A stretch of 59,208 bases of DNA, the filler included. It is 5 parts of 5 records of this genome, joined end to end, with 100 filler letters (N's around TTAATTAATTAA, not from the genome) between each part and the next. Parts side by side here need not be neighbours in the genome. Positions count along the whole stretch, not along the records: positions 11,496 to 21,754 come from SRR2962707_1385; positions 21,855 to 31,301 come from SRR2962707_1389; positions 31,402 to 49,371 come from SRR2962707_1394; 2 more parts are not named here. One strand, 5' to 3'. Positions within the stretch are counted from its first letter, which is position 1. Each line of letters starts with the position of its first letter. A program made the position numbers and the translations under genes. Shown here piece by piece: positions 19,828-31,572 of this stretch. The notes below the pieces were generated by a model that was not told the origin of the DNA, did not search any database, and was given only the letters and a program-made list of their open reading frames with translations.

Positions 19828-21754
19828 ATGCCCCAGGGTGGTTTTCGTCGTAGTGGTCTGGAGTGGTTTTCATCGCTGCCGGCCTGTCTGTTGTTGCTGG
19901 CTGTGGTTCTGTTCTCCACCAGCAGTGATATTCATAATCAGATGTTGCGCGCTGGTGAGCAGCTCTGGAGCGGTTATTACAAGCTGCGCATGGACCCGGT
20001 ACAACCGGAGTGCGACCTCAACCGGGATATTGAGGCAGAGGTCGCTCGGGAGCTGGCTGAGCAAGCGCCGGCAGACGACCCGATGGCAGCACTGCTTGGC
20101 GCCCATGAAAAAGACCCCCGGGAAGTCCGTCTTGCCATAGAGCGCTCGGTGGCGGATTGCCGGGCCGCTCACGCCAGTTACGAAGACCTGCAGGACAAAC
20201 TGACTCCCGGTGTGAAAGCCTATCGGGCGGTGGAGCTGTTCGTAGCCGACCTGATTGCGTTCGGGCTCACGGCTCAACGCTACGTTCTGGTGATTCTGGT
20301 GATGCTGTGTGCGGTGACCGCCACGCTGACCCGACATCACATTGCCATGCGTGCCATGGAGACCCGGCGGGACTACACCGTCTCCCATACCCTGCAAACC
20401 ATTGCCAACGCCATGTTGCTGGGGTCGTCAGTGATCTTCCGGCAATCCAGCCTGGCCAGCAGCACCACCGTATCCGGTGAGGAGCTGCTACTGCACAATT
20501 TCTGGATTGTCGGCTTTGCCTGCCTGACGCTGGCGAGCCTCTATCGCCTGTTCCGCGTGCCTGACAATCTGGCGCCGGGTGGCAATCTGAACCAGGCGTT
20601 TCTGTCGGTTCCGCTCTATACCGTGATGTGCCTGATTTCAGGTACTTACTTCGCGCTGATCGGCCATTCCTCCGGTATCGGGATCTATCTGGGCAAGATG
20701 ATGGAGCTGGCCGACATGTTCCTGAATGTGGGGCTGTACGTGTGGGTGGGCATGATGTTGAAGCAGACCCGCCTGGCGACACTGGTTTTCAATATCTTCC
20801 GGCCCTGGCGTATGCCGCCGGAGATGCTGGCGGTGGTGGCTGTTCTGGTGGCGGCGGTGCCTACCGCCTATACCGGTGCTTCCGGTATTTTTGTGATTGC
20901 TGCCGGTGCCGTTATCTACAGTGAGCTCCGAGCGGCGGGCGCGCGCCGACATCTGGCCCTGGCGGCCACGGCCATGTCGGGCTCCCTGGGTGTGGTACTG
21001 CGGCCGTGCCTGCTGGTGGTGGTGATTGCCTACCTGAACCGAGAGGTGACGACCGATGAGTTGTTTGGCTGGGGCATCTGGGTATTCGTACTGACCGCCA
21101 CCATGTTTGCGATGGTGGCCCTCACGGTGAACCGGCAGAGCCAGTTTGACCTGGCCCCGGCGGCCGATGCCTTTCCGGCGTCCATTCAGGCTTTGCGGCC
21201 ACTGATTCCCTATGTGATTGTGATCGCTGCCGTGGTGCTGTTCTACCGGCTTGCCCTGGATGTGAAGATGGACGAATTTTCGGCGCCCCGGTTGCTGCCG
21301 GTGATCATGCTGGCCATTTTGGTATATGAGCATATCAGCCTGAAAAATGGCCGGGGCCGGGCGTCCGGCGAGATCAATCACCAGGGGCTGGAGCGCAGCG
21401 TTCGTGGGGCCACCAACGACACCACCGCCGAGATCGGCGCGCTTTTGCTGCTGCTGGGGTTGTCGGTGAGTATTGGTGGTGTGATCGAGCGCTCCCACAT
21501 CATGGAAACTTTCCCTCAGGCGTTCGACAGTCCCTGGTCTGCCATGCTGCTGATGGTAGTGATCCTGGTGATCCTGGGGATGATCATGGACGCCTTCGGG
21601 GCGGTGATTCTGGTAACCGCAACGGTGGCGACCATAGCCTACTCCAGCGGTATTCACCCGGTGCATTTCTGGATGGTGACGCTGGTGGCCTTCGAGCTCG
21701 GCTACCTGAGCCCGCCTGTGGCCCTGAACCATCTGCTCACCCGCCAGGTGGTGG
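19828..21754 (+). CDS. TRAP transporter large permease (extended DctM-like), 3' truncated
   Basis: Many TM segments; TGASGIFVIA, AMSGSLG, GIHPVHF, ELGYLSPPVALN DctM motifs. Confidence 0.85.
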
Positions 21755-21854
21755 NNNNNNNNNNNNNNNNNNNNNNNNNNNNNNNNNNNNNNNNNNNNTT
21801 AATTAATTAANNNNNNNNNNNNNNNNNNNNNNNNNNNNNNNNNNNNNNNNNNNN
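21755..21854. other. Artificial contig linker
   Basis: 44 N + TTAATTAATTAA + 44 N. Confidence 0.98.
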
Positions 21855-22036
21855 ATAATTCTATAAGACAGGCATGTCAAAACATGAGCGTGCTTGTCCT
21901 CTTGTGATGGGTTAGGGAAGATAGCCCGAATTTTGGGTGATTAGGCGTATAACAATACGCAGTCCCAGCATGTGCTAAGTTCACCCTGTGGTGCTTGATG
22001 GGAGCTTAGCTAAATCAGCATAGCGGTAAAAATAGC

Positions 22037-22501
22037 ATGATCCAAATTAGAGAGTATGAGCAATCAGACGCGCAGACCTTGTATGAACTTTTTTATCATA
22101 CAGTTCGTCGTGTAAATGCGCGTGACTATTCTCGAGCTCAAGTAGAAGCATGGGCGCCGGATAATTTTGACTTTGAGGTATGGCGGCAAAAGATGGATTC
22201 TATTTCTCCTTTTATTGCCGAAATAGGAGGTGTAATGGTTGGTTACGCCGACCTTCAAAAAAACGGTTTAATCGATCATTTCTTTTGTCATCATGATTAC
22301 CAAGGTAAAGGTGTCGCTCGTTGCCTTATGGAGCAGTTGTTTAGCGTTGGGGAATCGCGAGGCATTCACAAGTTTCGATCTGAGGTCAGTATTACTGCTC
22401 GGCCATTTTTTGAGTACTTTGGCTTTACGGTTATTAAAGAGCAAGAAGTGAAGGTTCGAGGACAAAACCTGAGAAACTTTATTATGGAAAAAGTTTGCTA
22501 G
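22037..22501 (+). CDS. GNAT family N-acetyltransferase (YafP-like)
   Basis: DYSRAQVEAWAP, YQGKGVA acetyl-CoA motif, VSITARPFFE. Confidence 0.88.
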   Translation: MIQIREYEQSDAQTLYELFYHTVRRVNARDYSRAQVEAWAPDNFDFEVWRQKMDSISPFIAEIGGVMVGYADLQKNGLIDHFFCHHDYQGKGVARCLMEQLFSVGESRGIHKFRSEVSITARPFFEYFGFTVIKEQEVKVRGQNLRNFIMEKVC

Positions 22502-22808
22502 CATTCGCCAATCTGTATTTGCAACGCTAGGTCTAATGAAGCCCATTACGATGGCGAGAGACACTAAAGTCGTCATAAAAAAGACGTTACTGCACAGCAG
22601 GTTTTTTTGTTTCTGGCCTGACGACGCCAAACACTCATTCCAACTATTTCCTGAGCACTTATTCCCATATCAATATCACTGCCTGATTACAGGTTGTTTT
22701 TTCTATCGCTCCTGTGATGGACTGCTACGCAATATTTCATCAGAGGTGGTAAAATTTCATTATCTGGTTTTCAAATGAATTGAGCGAATTACTTTCTGTG
22801 GAGTATGT

Positions 22809-24122
22809 ATGTCGGATAAAGGTCTTCTTGGGTCTGTGTATGAAAAAATTGCCAATGAAGAAGATGCGAGGGCGTGTGAGAAGATAGAAGACTCCGCGTG
22901 CAAACAGGTCCCAGGTAATTTTATAAAGCTGATCATTGCGCAATTTTTTACCAACTTAGGGGACGCTATTATTAACCCTAAAGTGACCTTGCCATGGATT
23001 TTACAAAGTGTCGGGGCGCCAGCCTATTTACTAGGGTGGTTGGTGCCGATTCGTGAATCAGGGTCCTTATTACCACAACTCGCGATCGCGAGTGTTATTC
23101 GTAAGTTGCCTATTCGAAAATGGGTCTGGATTGTTGGCAGTGTGATTCAGTCGCTGAGTATTGTGGCGATTGGTCTTATTGCTGTGGCGTTTAATGGCGC
23201 GCTAGCGGGCTGGCTAATTATGCTCTGTCTGGTTGTTTTTAGCTTAGCGAGAGGGCTGAGTTCAGTCGCGTCAAAAGATGTATTGGGCAAAACAGTGCCT
23301 AAAAGCCAGCGTGGTCAGGTGACGGGTTGGTCTGCAAGCGTTGCGGGCTTGGTTACCGTGGGCATAGCGATTGTAATGATGCTTAGTGCTTTTACGGAAT
23401 TTGAGGCGAGTCCTGTTATTTATGGCTCTTGTTTGGTGGCAGCGGCCATGGTTTGGCTGATTGGCGCGGCGGTTTACTCTCGGGTGGTGGAATTTCCAGG
23501 CGAGGTTGATGGTGGTCGCAATGGCTTATTGGAAGCTTTGAAGCAGCTTAGCTTATTGAAAACAGATAGAGCGTTTCGTTTATTTGTGATCACCCGATCC
23601 TTGTTTCTTTGTACGGCTCTGAGCGCCCCTTATTACGTGGTGTTGGCTCAGCAAAAACTGGGTGGCGACGTATGGGTACTGGCCATGTTTTTGTTTGCTA
23701 GCGGCCTTGCCTCTCTTGTGTCTGCGCCTTTTTGGGGGCGCTTCTCGGACCGCTCTAGTAAGAAAGTCATGATGGTTGCTTGTGCTTTAAGCTCGGTTGT
23801 TGGTTTTGTATTGTTTGCTATTTCCTACTATCAGCCCGCTTTGTTTAATAATATTTTGCTGTTACCGGTTTTGTATTTTCTGCTTACCATTGCCCATCAG
23901 GGCGTTCGAGTGGGTCGAAAAACCTATCTAGTGGATTTAGCGGATGGTAATAAACGCACCAGTTATGTGGCGGTGAGTAATACTGTGATTGGCGTTATGT
24001 TGCTGTTGATGAGCTTGATTGGCACGCTAACCCAGGTGATATCAATAGAAGGTTTGGTGCTGGTGTTTTCTGTTATGGCGATCGTTGGGGTGTTGATGGC
24101 GATGCGCTTACCAGAAGCCTAG
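22809..24122 (+). CDS. MFS transporter
   Basis: About 12 TM segments; LVPIRESGSLLPQ, WGRFSDRSSKK motif A-like loop. Confidence 0.82.
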   Translation: MSDKGLLGSVYEKIANEEDARACEKIEDSACKQVPGNFIKLIIAQFFTNLGDAIINPKVTLPWILQSVGAPAYLLGWLVPIRESGSLLPQLAIASVIRKLPIRKWVWIVGSVIQSLSIVAIGLIAVAFNGALAGWLIMLCLVVFSLARGLSSVASKDVLGKTVPKSQRGQVTGWSASVAGLVTVGIAIVMMLSAFTEFEASPVIYGSCLVAAAMVWLIGAAVYSRVVEFPGEVDGGRNGLLEALKQLSLLKTDRAFRLFVITRSLFLCTALSAPYYVVLAQQKLGGDVWVLAMFLFASGLASLVSAPFWGRFSDRSSKKVMMVACALSSVVGFVLFAISYYQPALFNNILLLPVLYFLLTIAHQGVRVGRKTYLVDLADGNKRTSYVAVSNTVIGVMLLLMSLIGTLTQVISIEGLVLVFSVMAIVGVLMAMRLPEA

Positions 24123-24161
24123 GCAATCCCTAACAATCGAGTCCGTTAACACCGAGACAAT

Positions 24162-24210
24162 AAAAAACCGCATCCGCTGACGTCGTAAGTCGCTTGATGC
24201 GGTTTTTTTT
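24162..24210. terminator. Bidirectional intrinsic terminator
   Basis: AAAAAACCGCATC...GATGCGGTTTTTTTT between convergent MFS and purK. Confidence 0.8.
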
Positions 24211-24234
24211 ATCGCAAGGAATGACCCTTAGCGA

Positions 24235-25299
24235 TTAGGACGGTAAATTTGCTTTCAGCCATGCGATAGCTTCAGGGTAGGGCGCTGGCATAGTAAGGCT
24301 ATTAAGGGCTGTATTGAGCACCTCTAGATTACCTGTACAGAAGTTTAGATGCCCTACTTTACGACCGGGTCTAACGTCTTTTTGATACCAATACAGTTCT
24401 AGGCTCTTGATGTTTAACCACTGGTAATCAAGGTCGACACCAATAAGGTTTACCATCATGCTTTGGTTTTTGATTTCTGCTTCAACAAGAGGCAAGCCTG
24501 TTACTGCGCGAACGTGGTTTTCAAACTGACAAACATTGCTGCCAGCTTGGGTCCAGTGGCCACTGTTATGAACGCGTGGAGCAAGTTCATTAATAAGTAG
24601 TTCATCTCCGACACGGAAACATTCCATCGCCATAACGCCAACATAATCTAAAGCGTCCATTAATTTGCCTAGCATAGCTTCAGCGGTACTCTGGTACTGA
24701 TCAAGGCGTTTCAACGGTGAAATAGAGGCGTATAAAATGCCATTGATGTGCAAGTTTAGAGTCAGTGGATAAAAGTACTTTTGACCGTCTTTGCCACGCA
24801 CGCCGACCAAGGAAACTTCTTCATCAAAGTTTATGGCTTGCTCTGCGATCGCGTGGCCTTTCCAGTCATCAGGGATTTCCGATTGTTCGGCTTGCTTAAG
24901 CCAGTATTGTCCTTTGCCATCGTAACCGCCACGACGGCGTTTCATGAGTACGCGCTCGCCTAAGGTCTGATAGGCGTAGTCGGCAGTCGAGTCTTGCTCT
25001 ACTGGAAACCAAGGCGCAGTCGCAAGCTCAAGGCGGTCTAGCCATTGTTTTTGCGTCAAGCGATCGGCCAGTTGAGGGAAGGTTGCCAAGTTAACAAAGT
25101 TCTTGTGTGTGGCCAGCTGCTTTGTGGCAACAGTCTCTGGCCACTCTTCGCGTTCCGCAGTGACTATGTCGTCGGCTTGCAGTGGTAACTCGTCGGTTGC
25201 TTCAATGTCGACAGGGCGAACATCAAGACCGAGCGGAGTGCCTGCTTGTTTTAGCATGGCGCCAAGTTGTCCAGCACCTAATACCCATAAAGTTGACAT
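24235..25299 (-). CDS. purK: N5-carboxyaminoimidazole ribonucleotide synthase
   Basis: LGAGQLG, GGYDGKGQ, NELAPRVHNSGHWT, RPGRKVGH. Confidence 0.95.
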   Translation of the reverse strand: MSTLWVLGAGQLGAMLKQAGTPLGLDVRPVDIEATDELPLQADDIVTAEREEWPETVATKQLATHKNFVNLATFPQLADRLTQKQWLDRLELATAPWFPVEQDSTADYAYQTLGERVLMKRRRGGYDGKGQYWLKQAEQSEIPDDWKGHAIAEQAINFDEEVSLVGVRGKDGQKYFYPLTLNLHINGILYASISPLKRLDQYQSTAEAMLGKLMDALDYVGVMAMECFRVGDELLINELAPRVHNSGHWTQAGSNVCQFENHVRAVTGLPLVEAEIKNQSMMVNLIGVDLDYQWLNIKSLELYWYQKDVRPGRKVGHLNFCTGNLEVLNTALNSLTMPAPYPEAIAWLKANLPS

Positions 25300-25791
25300 T
25301 TAGGCCTCGCGAGGATCAGGGTTAGCAAGAACAGTTTCCGTTTGTTGAGTACGGAACGCATCGATTTTTTTAGCCAATTCTGGGTCAGAGTTCGCAAGAA
25401 TCTGACAAGCCAATAGGCCAGCATTAAAAGCACCAGCAGTACCTATGGCCAATGTGCCAACCGCCACGCCTTTAGGCATTTGAGCGATGGACAGTAAGCT
25501 GTCCATGCCGTTGAGCGCTTTACTTTGTACTGGCACACCTAGAACAGGCAGACGCGTATGCGCTGCAACCATGCCAGGTAAATGCGCGGCGCCGCCGGCG
25601 CCACCAATAATGACTTGAAATCCTTTTTCCGCAGCTTGTTCTGCAAACTCTGTGAGTTTCACTGGTGTTCTGTGAGCCGAAACCACTTCGACGTGATAAC
25701 TCACGCCAAGTATGTCCATTATTTCAGCGGCACTTTCCATGGTGGCCCAGTCACTTTTCGATCCCATAATAAGGGCTACTTTTGCTTGCAA
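25300..25791 (-). CDS. purE: N5-CAIR mutase
   Basis: [31 protein letters not shown] start at 25791 preceded by AGGAG. Confidence 0.95.
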   Translation of the reverse strand: MQAKVALIMGSKSDWATMESAAEIMDILGVSYHVEVVSAHRTPVKLTEFAEQAAEKGFQVIIGGAGGAAHLPGMVAAHTRLPVLGVPVQSKALNGMDSLLSIAQMPKGVAVGTLAIGTAGAFNAGLLACQILANSDPELAKKIDAFRTQQTETVLANPDPREA

Positions 25792-26004
25792 AACAATTCT
25801 CCTGCTGGCGGTTTTCAACGTGGTGTGCAGAGGGGCAGAGTTACGTTGATGGGTGAAATAGAGTCGCTTGTCATTACGTGGCCTATCACGTGAATGATGC
25901 GAGATTAATTGGGCGATAATATAGCCGATTTTGAGGAAAACAGCGAGGGTATTGCGGCCATTGCTGATGAGATGAAGAAAACAGCGAGGCAAAAAAAGAG
26001 CGAC

Positions 26005-26475
26005 TTAAAGTCGCTCTTTTAGGTATTGGTCATAATCTGGCACTCTGCGCTCAAACTCACTATCAAAAAGTGGCGAAGAGATTAAGAAGTTAGCAGAAGA
26101 CACGCTGCAGGCGATGGGAATATTCCAGACCGCTGCAACACGTAACAAAGCCTTTATATCGGGGTCATGGGGCATAGGTTCAAAGGGGTCCCAAAAAAAG
26201 ATGAGGACATCAATTTTACCTTCGGCGATTAACCCACCTAACTGCTGATCGCCACCAAGGGGACCGCTAATAAGCGCTTGAACCGGAACCTTTAACTGCT
26301 TCTGCATTAAGTTTCCGGTGGTCCCAGTGGCCATTAAGTTGTGCTTGATGAGCTTTTCTTTGTGCTTCTCAGCCCACTCAATAAGTTCTGGCTTCATGTT
26401 GTCATGCGCCACCAGAGCGACGTTTTTACGCACTGGTGTCGTGACGGTTTTTTTCAGCAAGACTTTGTTTGCCAC
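26005..26475 (-). CDS. mgsA: Methylglyoxal synthase
   Basis: [35 protein letters not shown]. Confidence 0.95.
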   Translation of the reverse strand: MANKVLLKKTVTTPVRKNVALVAHDNMKPELIEWAEKHKEKLIKHNLMATGTTGNLMQKQLKVPVQALISGPLGGDQQLGGLIAEGKIDVLIFFWDPFEPMPHDPDIKALLRVAAVWNIPIACSVSSANFLISSPLFDSEFERRVPDYDQYLKERL

Positions 26476-26481
26476 AGTAGA

Positions 26482-27930
26482 TTATTCCTCTGTTTCGCCA
26501 ACTTTTACAATTTTCATCATGTTGGTTGTGCCATGACTGACTAGGTGATCACCTTTGGTTACGATAACAAGGTCGCCATCGTTGATTAAGCCCAAGGATT
26601 TAACGTGATCAACAAGGCCTTTTACGATGGTTTCAATGTTGAATTCTTTAGAAGAGAACGACACTGGAGTAACACCACGGTACAGGTTGACTTTGTTTAG
26701 TGTTGCTTGGTTTGGTGATAGAGCATAAATAGGCAAACCAGAACTAATGCGAGACATTAACAATGGCGTTGTGCCTGACTCGGTCAAACTAATGATCGCT
26801 TTAACACCTTCCAAATGGTTGGCAGCGTACATAGCTGACATAGCAATGGTTTCATCAATGTTCGTAAAAGTCACATCGATACGGTGTTTAGAGCGGTTGA
26901 TCGCAGGTTGTTTCTCTGCGCCCAAACAAACACGGTTCATAGTTTGAATGACTTCTTCAGGGTACGCACCCGCCGCTGTTTCAGCAGACAACATAACCGC
27001 ATCTGTTCCGTCTAATACCGCGTTTGCTACATCAAAAACCTCAGCACGGGTTGGCATAGCGCTGGTGATCATGGTTTCCATCATTTGTGTCGCCGTAATA
27101 ACTGGGCGGTTCAATTGACGGCAACGTTTGATCATGTGCTTTTGTACGCCGATAAGCTCAGCATCGCCGATTTCGACACCCAGGTCACCACGCGCAACCA
27201 TGACAGCATCAGAAGCTAGGATGATAGCGTCCAATGTTTCATTGTCTGCAACGGCTTCAGCTCGTTCAACTTTAGAAACGATACCCGCTTTCAGACCAGC
27301 GGCTTCGGCCAATGCGCGCGCTTCATGAAGATCCGCGGCACTGCGTGGGAAAGAGACAGCAAGGTAATCCGCTTTTAATGCGGCGGCTGTTTTGATGTCT
27401 TCTTTGTCTTTTTCCGTTAATGCTGCAGCAGACAAGCCACCGCCTTGGCGGTTGATGCCCTTGTTGTTTGATAAGGCGCCACCAACGATGACTTTAGTGA
27501 TAACTTCTAAGCCTTTTACTTCAAGGACTTCAAGCACAACTCGGCCATCATCAAGTAACAAAATATTACCTGGTTGGGAGTCTTTTGCTAATTGTGGGTA
27601 GTCGATTCCGACACGAGTTTCATCGCCGTTGTTTTTATCAAAACCCACATCAAGAATGAAGGTTGCGCCGTCTGCTAGCTCTACTTTTGTGTCTTTAAAG
27701 CGAGCGATACGGATTTTAGGACCTTGTAGGTCGCCAAGGATAGCAACATGACGGCCATTTTTTTCCGCCATAGCACGAACAACGTTGGCGCGATCGATGT
27801 GATCTTCTGGTTGCCCATGGGAAAAATTAAGACGGAAAACATTGGCACCAGCAAGGATCAATTTCTCGATCATTTCAGGAGAGCTAGAAGCAGGACCAAG
27901 TGTTGCAACGATTTTTGTTCTACGAGTCAT
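26482..27930 (-). CDS. pyk: Pyruvate kinase
   Basis: [41 protein letters not shown]. Confidence 0.97.
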   Translation of the reverse strand: MTRRTKIVATLGPASSSPEMIEKLILAGANVFRLNFSHGQPEDHIDRANVVRAMAEKNGRHVAILGDLQGPKIRIARFKDTKVELADGATFILDVGFDKNNGDETRVGIDYPQLAKDSQPGNILLLDDGRVVLEVLEVKGLEVITKVIVGGALSNNKGINRQGGGLSAAALTEKDKEDIKTAAALKADYLAVSFPRSAADLHEARALAEAAGLKAGIVSKVERAEAVADNETLDAIILASDAVMVARGDLGVEIGDAELIGVQKHMIKRCRQLNRPVITATQMMETMITSAMPTRAEVFDVANAVLDGTDAVMLSAETAAGAYPEEVIQTMNRVCLGAEKQPAINRSKHRIDVTFTNIDETIAMSAMYAANHLEGVKAIISLTESGTTPLLMSRISSGLPIYALSPNQATLNKVNLYRGVTPVSFSSKEFNIETIVKGLVDHVKSLGLINDGDLVIVTKGDHLVSHGTTNMMKIVKVGETEE

Positions 27931-27977
27931 GATAGATTACCAAACATTAGAAAGCGTGTGACTGAGTATAAGATAGG

Positions 27978-28003
27978 ACAAAGGCTGCGTCAGCAGCCTT
28001 TGT
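27978..28003 (-). terminator. Stem-loop between gap and pyk (partial terminator or stabiliser)
   Basis: ACAAAGGCTGC-GTCA-GCAGCCTTTGT perfect 11-bp stem just after the gap stop. Confidence 0.6.
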
Positions 28004-28012
28004 TAATAATGA

Positions 28013-29026
28013 TTATTTAGCGCTCATTAATGCGATGGTATTGTCTAACATACGGTTAGAGAAGCCCCATTCGTTGTCATACCACGCCATGACTTTTACC
28101 AATTTGCCTTGAACGCGGGTTTGTGTCGCATCAAAATTGGAAGTGTAATCATTATGGTTAAAGTCGCTAGACACTAATGGCTCATGATTGACATGCAGCA
28201 CTTGCGCCAAAATTGGATCCGCTTTTACTGCGTCTTCAATGATTTGGTTAACTTCTTCTACTGTCGTTTCGCGTGGTGCTAAGAAGGTCAAATCAACAAG
28301 CGATACGTTGATTGTTGGAACGCGAACCGCCATGCCGTCAAATTTACCAACTAGCTCAGGAACCACTAGGCCAACAGCCGCGGCAGCACCTGTTTTACTA
28401 GGAATCATGTTCATTGCTGCGGCACGAGCACGGTATAGATCGTCGTGATATACATCCGATAGACGCTGATCGTTGGTGTAAGAGTGGATGGTTGTCATTA
28501 AGCCACTTTCAATACCAAGCTTGTCGCTTAGTGGTTTAGCGATAGGGGCTAGGCAGTTGGTGGTACAAGATGCATTAGAGATGACCGTCATGTCAGAGGT
28601 CAATACATCTTGGTTTACCCCGTAAACGACGGTAGCGTCTACTTCTTTACCTGGTGCAGAAATGATGACTTTTTTAGCGCCGGCAGTAATGTGTGCGCTG
28701 GCTTTTTCTTTTGTCGTAAAGAAACCAGTACATTCATAGACAACGTCTACGCCTAACTCTGCCCAAGGAAGGTCTGCAGGGTTACGCTCAGAGAAAGTGC
28801 GAATTTTATCAGAGTTAACATACAGAGCTTCGTCGTCAAAGGTAACTTCGCCATTGAAACGGCCGTGCACTGTGTCGTATTTAGTCAGGTGAGCGTTGGT
28901 TTTAGAATCGCCAAGGTCATTAATTGCGACCACTTGAATTTGATCGCGCTTGCCTGATTCATATAGCGCTCTAAGTGTATTGCGTCCAATACGTCCGTAT
29001 CCGTTGATTGCTACTTTAATAGTCAT
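28013..29026 (-). CDS. gap: Type I glyceraldehyde-3-phosphate dehydrogenase
   Basis: [33 protein letters not shown] at 29026 with GAGGT RBS. Confidence 0.97.
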   Translation of the reverse strand: MTIKVAINGYGRIGRNTLRALYESGKRDQIQVVAINDLGDSKTNAHLTKYDTVHGRFNGEVTFDDEALYVNSDKIRTFSERNPADLPWAELGVDVVYECTGFFTTKEKASAHITAGAKKVIISAPGKEVDATVVYGVNQDVLTSDMTVISNASCTTNCLAPIAKPLSDKLGIESGLMTTIHSYTNDQRLSDVYHDDLYRARAAAMNMIPSKTGAAAAVGLVVPELVGKFDGMAVRVPTINVSLVDLTFLAPRETTVEEVNQIIEDAVKADPILAQVLHVNHEPLVSSDFNHNDYTSNFDATQTRVQGKLVKVMAWYDNEWGFSNRMLDNTIALMSAK

Positions 29027-29106
29027 ACTCACCTCTAAATATCGTGAAACTCCATTTGCTCTTACTCCTCTTAAGAGAAAGACAAATGGATAAATGTATT
29101 CTTTGA

Positions 29107-29357
29107 CGTAAAAATACTACATAACGTGATTTTCAAGCAAGGATAGCGCATGAAATAGGCGGTTGTTGATTAAAAAATACGCGTCTGCAGTGTGTTTTTA
29201 AGATCATACAATAAAAAATGTTACTGATGGATGATATTTTAAAGGAAAAAAAGAGTTTTTGGGGCTTTTTATGTAAATTAATTACAATATTTTATTCTCA
29301 TCCGCGATTTTTATGGTTTTTTAGGATGATTTTTTTTAAAAATGTAGTAATATTACA
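29107..29357. promoter_or_regulatory. Three HexR-type operator boxes in the gap/edd divergent promoter
   Basis: CGTAAAAATACTACA (29107-29121), TGTAAATTAATTACA (29272-29286), TGTAGTAATATTACA (29343-29357) fit the TGTA-N7-TACA palindrome. Confidence 0.7.
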
Positions 29358-29410
29358 AAAAATGATTTCAGGTCAGTCGGGCAGTGACTGCTGTAGAAAC
29401 GGAGTAAAGT

Positions 29411-31225
29411 ATGAACCCTATCGTTACGAAAGTAACTGAAGCCATCATTGAGCGCAGCCAGTCTTTGCGTACTCAATACTTATCCGATATGAAGAAAGCA
29501 CAAGAGCAAGGCCCTCATCGAGGTACTTTATCTTGCGGCAATCTAGCTCATGGTTTTGCAGCCTGTCAGCCGACTGATAAGCAGAAGCTAACATTAATGG
29601 AAGAGGCGAACATTGGCATCATCTCTTCTTATAACGACATGCTATCTGCGCACCAACCTTACGAAAACTACCCTGATCAAATCCGTAAAGCCGTTGCCGA
29701 AATGGGCAGTGTGGCGCAATTTGCGGGCGGCGTGCCAGCAATGTGCGATGGCGTGACACAAGGGCAAGATGGTATGGAATTGAGCCTCTTTAGTCGCGAC
29801 AACATCGCGCAAGGGGCAGCGATTGCTTTATCTCATAATATGTTTGATGCCGCTTTGTATTTAGGCATCTGTGACAAGATTGTACCAGGCCTACTGATTG
29901 CAGCCCTTCGTTTTGGTCACTTACCAGCCTTGTTTGTGCCTGCAGGCCCAATGCACTCAGGTATTTCTAATGCAGAAAAATCTGCCGTGCGTCAGCGTTA
30001 TGCCCAAGGCCAAGCCAACCGTGAAGAGTTGCTTGAAGCTGAGTCTGCGTCTTACCACAGTGCAGGGACTTGTACCTTCTACGGCACAGCAAACTCTAAC
30101 CAGTTGCTTGTCGAAATGATGGGGCTACAGTTACCAGGGTCATCGTTTGTGAACCCGAATGATGAATTACGTGGCGCACTGACGAAACACACCGCGCAAT
30201 TGGCGACAAAAATCACCTCTTTAGGCCGTGATTACCGTCCTTTGTACGAAGTTGTTGATGAGCGCAGCATTGTGAATGCCATTGTCGGCCTATTGGCGAC
30301 TGGTGGCTCTACTAACCATACGATGCACATTGTCGCGTTTGCTCGTGCCGCTGGCATCATTGTGACTTGGGATGATTTTGCCGCCTTGTCTAAAGTGGTT
30401 CCTTTATTGACGCGTATTTATCCGAATGGCCAAGCGGACATCAACCATTTCCACGCCGCTGGCGGCATGGCTTTCTTGGTTAAGCAGCTGCTAAAAGGTG
30501 GTTTGTTGCATGAAGATGTGATGACCATTGTGGGTAAAGGTTTGACGCATTACACCAAAGAGCCTTTCTTAGAAGGCGATAAGGTTGTGTGGCGTGATGG
30601 CACTGAGGAAAGTTTGGATCTAGACGTTGTCCGTCCAATCGAAGACCCGTTCAGCAAAGAGGGCGGTTTGTCCTTGCTAAAAGGTAATTTGGGTCGCGCG
30701 GTCATTAAAGTCTCTGCTGTTGCAGAAGAAAATCGAATTGTTGAAGCGCCAGCGGTGGTATTCCATAGTCAAAATGATTTGGCTGCGGCGATTTCTAATG
30801 GTGAGCTAGAGCGCGATTGCATTGCCGTGGTTCGCTTCCAAGGCCCCAAAGCAATTGGCATGCCTGAGTTGCATAAACTCACCCCTTATTTAGTTAACCT
30901 GCAAGACAAGGGCTATAAAGTCGCTTTGGTAACGGATGGCCGCATGTCGGGTGCCTCTGGCAAAGTACCAGCCGCGATTCATCTTACGCCTGAGGCGGTT
31001 GCTGGTGGTTTGATTGCTAAAATCCAAGAAGGTGACCTGATCCGCCTAGATGCGGTAGAAGGCACTATCTCTGTGCTTATTTCCGATGAAGAGCTGGCGT
31101 CTCGTAGCGCAGCTCAACAAGATTTAACTGGCTCCTACCAAGGTATGGGGCGTGAGCTATTTAGCGCTCAGCGTGCTCTCGTGAGCGGTGCTGAACAAGG
31201 TGCTTGTAGCTTGTTTAACGACTAA
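29411..31225 (+). CDS. edd: Phosphogluconate dehydratase
   Basis: [46 protein letters not shown]. Confidence 0.97.
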   Translation: MNPIVTKVTEAIIERSQSLRTQYLSDMKKAQEQGPHRGTLSCGNLAHGFAACQPTDKQKLTLMEEANIGIISSYNDMLSAHQPYENYPDQIRKAVAEMGSVAQFAGGVPAMCDGVTQGQDGMELSLFSRDNIAQGAAIALSHNMFDAALYLGICDKIVPGLLIAALRFGHLPALFVPAGPMHSGISNAEKSAVRQRYAQGQANREELLEAESASYHSAGTCTFYGTANSNQLLVEMMGLQLPGSSFVNPNDELRGALTKHTAQLATKITSLGRDYRPLYEVVDERSIVNAIVGLLATGGSTNHTMHIVAFARAAGIIVTWDDFAALSKVVPLLTRIYPNGQADINHFHAAGGMAFLVKQLLKGGLLHEDVMTIVGKGLTHYTKEPFLEGDKVVWRDGTEESLDLDVVRPIEDPFSKEGGLSLLKGNLGRAVIKVSAVAEENRIVEAPAVVFHSQNDLAAAISNGELERDCIAVVRFQGPKAIGMPELHKLTPYLVNLQDKGYKVALVTDGRMSGASGKVPAAIHLTPEAVAGGLIAKIQEGDLIRLDAVEGTISVLISDEELASRSAAQQDLTGSYQGMGRELFSAQRALVSGAEQGACSLFND

Positions 31226-31270
31226 TTGATGGTTTCCTCTGACTACTAACGTTTGTTAGTAATGGTGTTT

Positions 31271-31297
31271 AGGGCTTGCTTTGCAAGCCCTTTTTTT
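31271..31297 (+). terminator. Intrinsic terminator after edd
   Basis: AGGGCTTGC-TTT-GCAAGCCCT followed by a T-run. Confidence 0.85.
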
Positions 31298-31301
31298 ATG
31301 C

Positions 31302-31401
31302 NNNNNNNNNNNNNNNNNNNNNNNNNNNNNNNNNNNNNNNNNNNNTTAATTAATTAANNNNNNNNNNNNNNNNNNNNNNNNNNNNNNNNNNNNNNNNNNN
31401 N
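31302..31401. other. Artificial contig linker
   Basis: 44 N + TTAATTAATTAA + 44 N. Confidence 0.98.
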
Positions 31402-31572
31402 TTGCTGTTCAACTGGCACCGTATAGATGCCCGCAACAGACAAGGTATCCTGCGCGAAGGCGCGCAGTGGCAGGGTCATGGCACCGCTCGCGGCGACCGC
31501 AGCCACCCCCCCTTGCAAAAGGGCACGACGGCTAAGAAGCCCGTGTTGGGTAGGTATCTGACGGTCGCGCAT
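31402..31572 (-). CDS. BMP family ABC substrate-binding protein, N-terminus only
   Basis: Tat signal SRRALL...AFA followed by VAGIYTVPVEQQ; AGAGGA RBS. Confidence 0.65.

Noticed and set aside
17165..21732. Long antisense ORFs (17165-18025, 18780-19718, 20638-21732)
   Set aside because: Shadow frames of GC-rich genes; no motifs or RBS
21940..22520. Possible integron cassette: GNAT with attC-like words (TTAGGC, TATAACAA, GCTAGCA)
   Set aside because: No matching R''/L''/L'/R' palindrome could be built, and there is no integrase or second cassette; IntegronFinder would settle it
22268..22954. Short ORFs between GNAT and MFS
   Set aside because: No recognisable motif; they overlap real genes or lack an RBS
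25792..25992. N-terminal extension of PurE in the ORF track
   Set aside because: TTG at 25791 with an AGGAG RBS gives the normal PurE length
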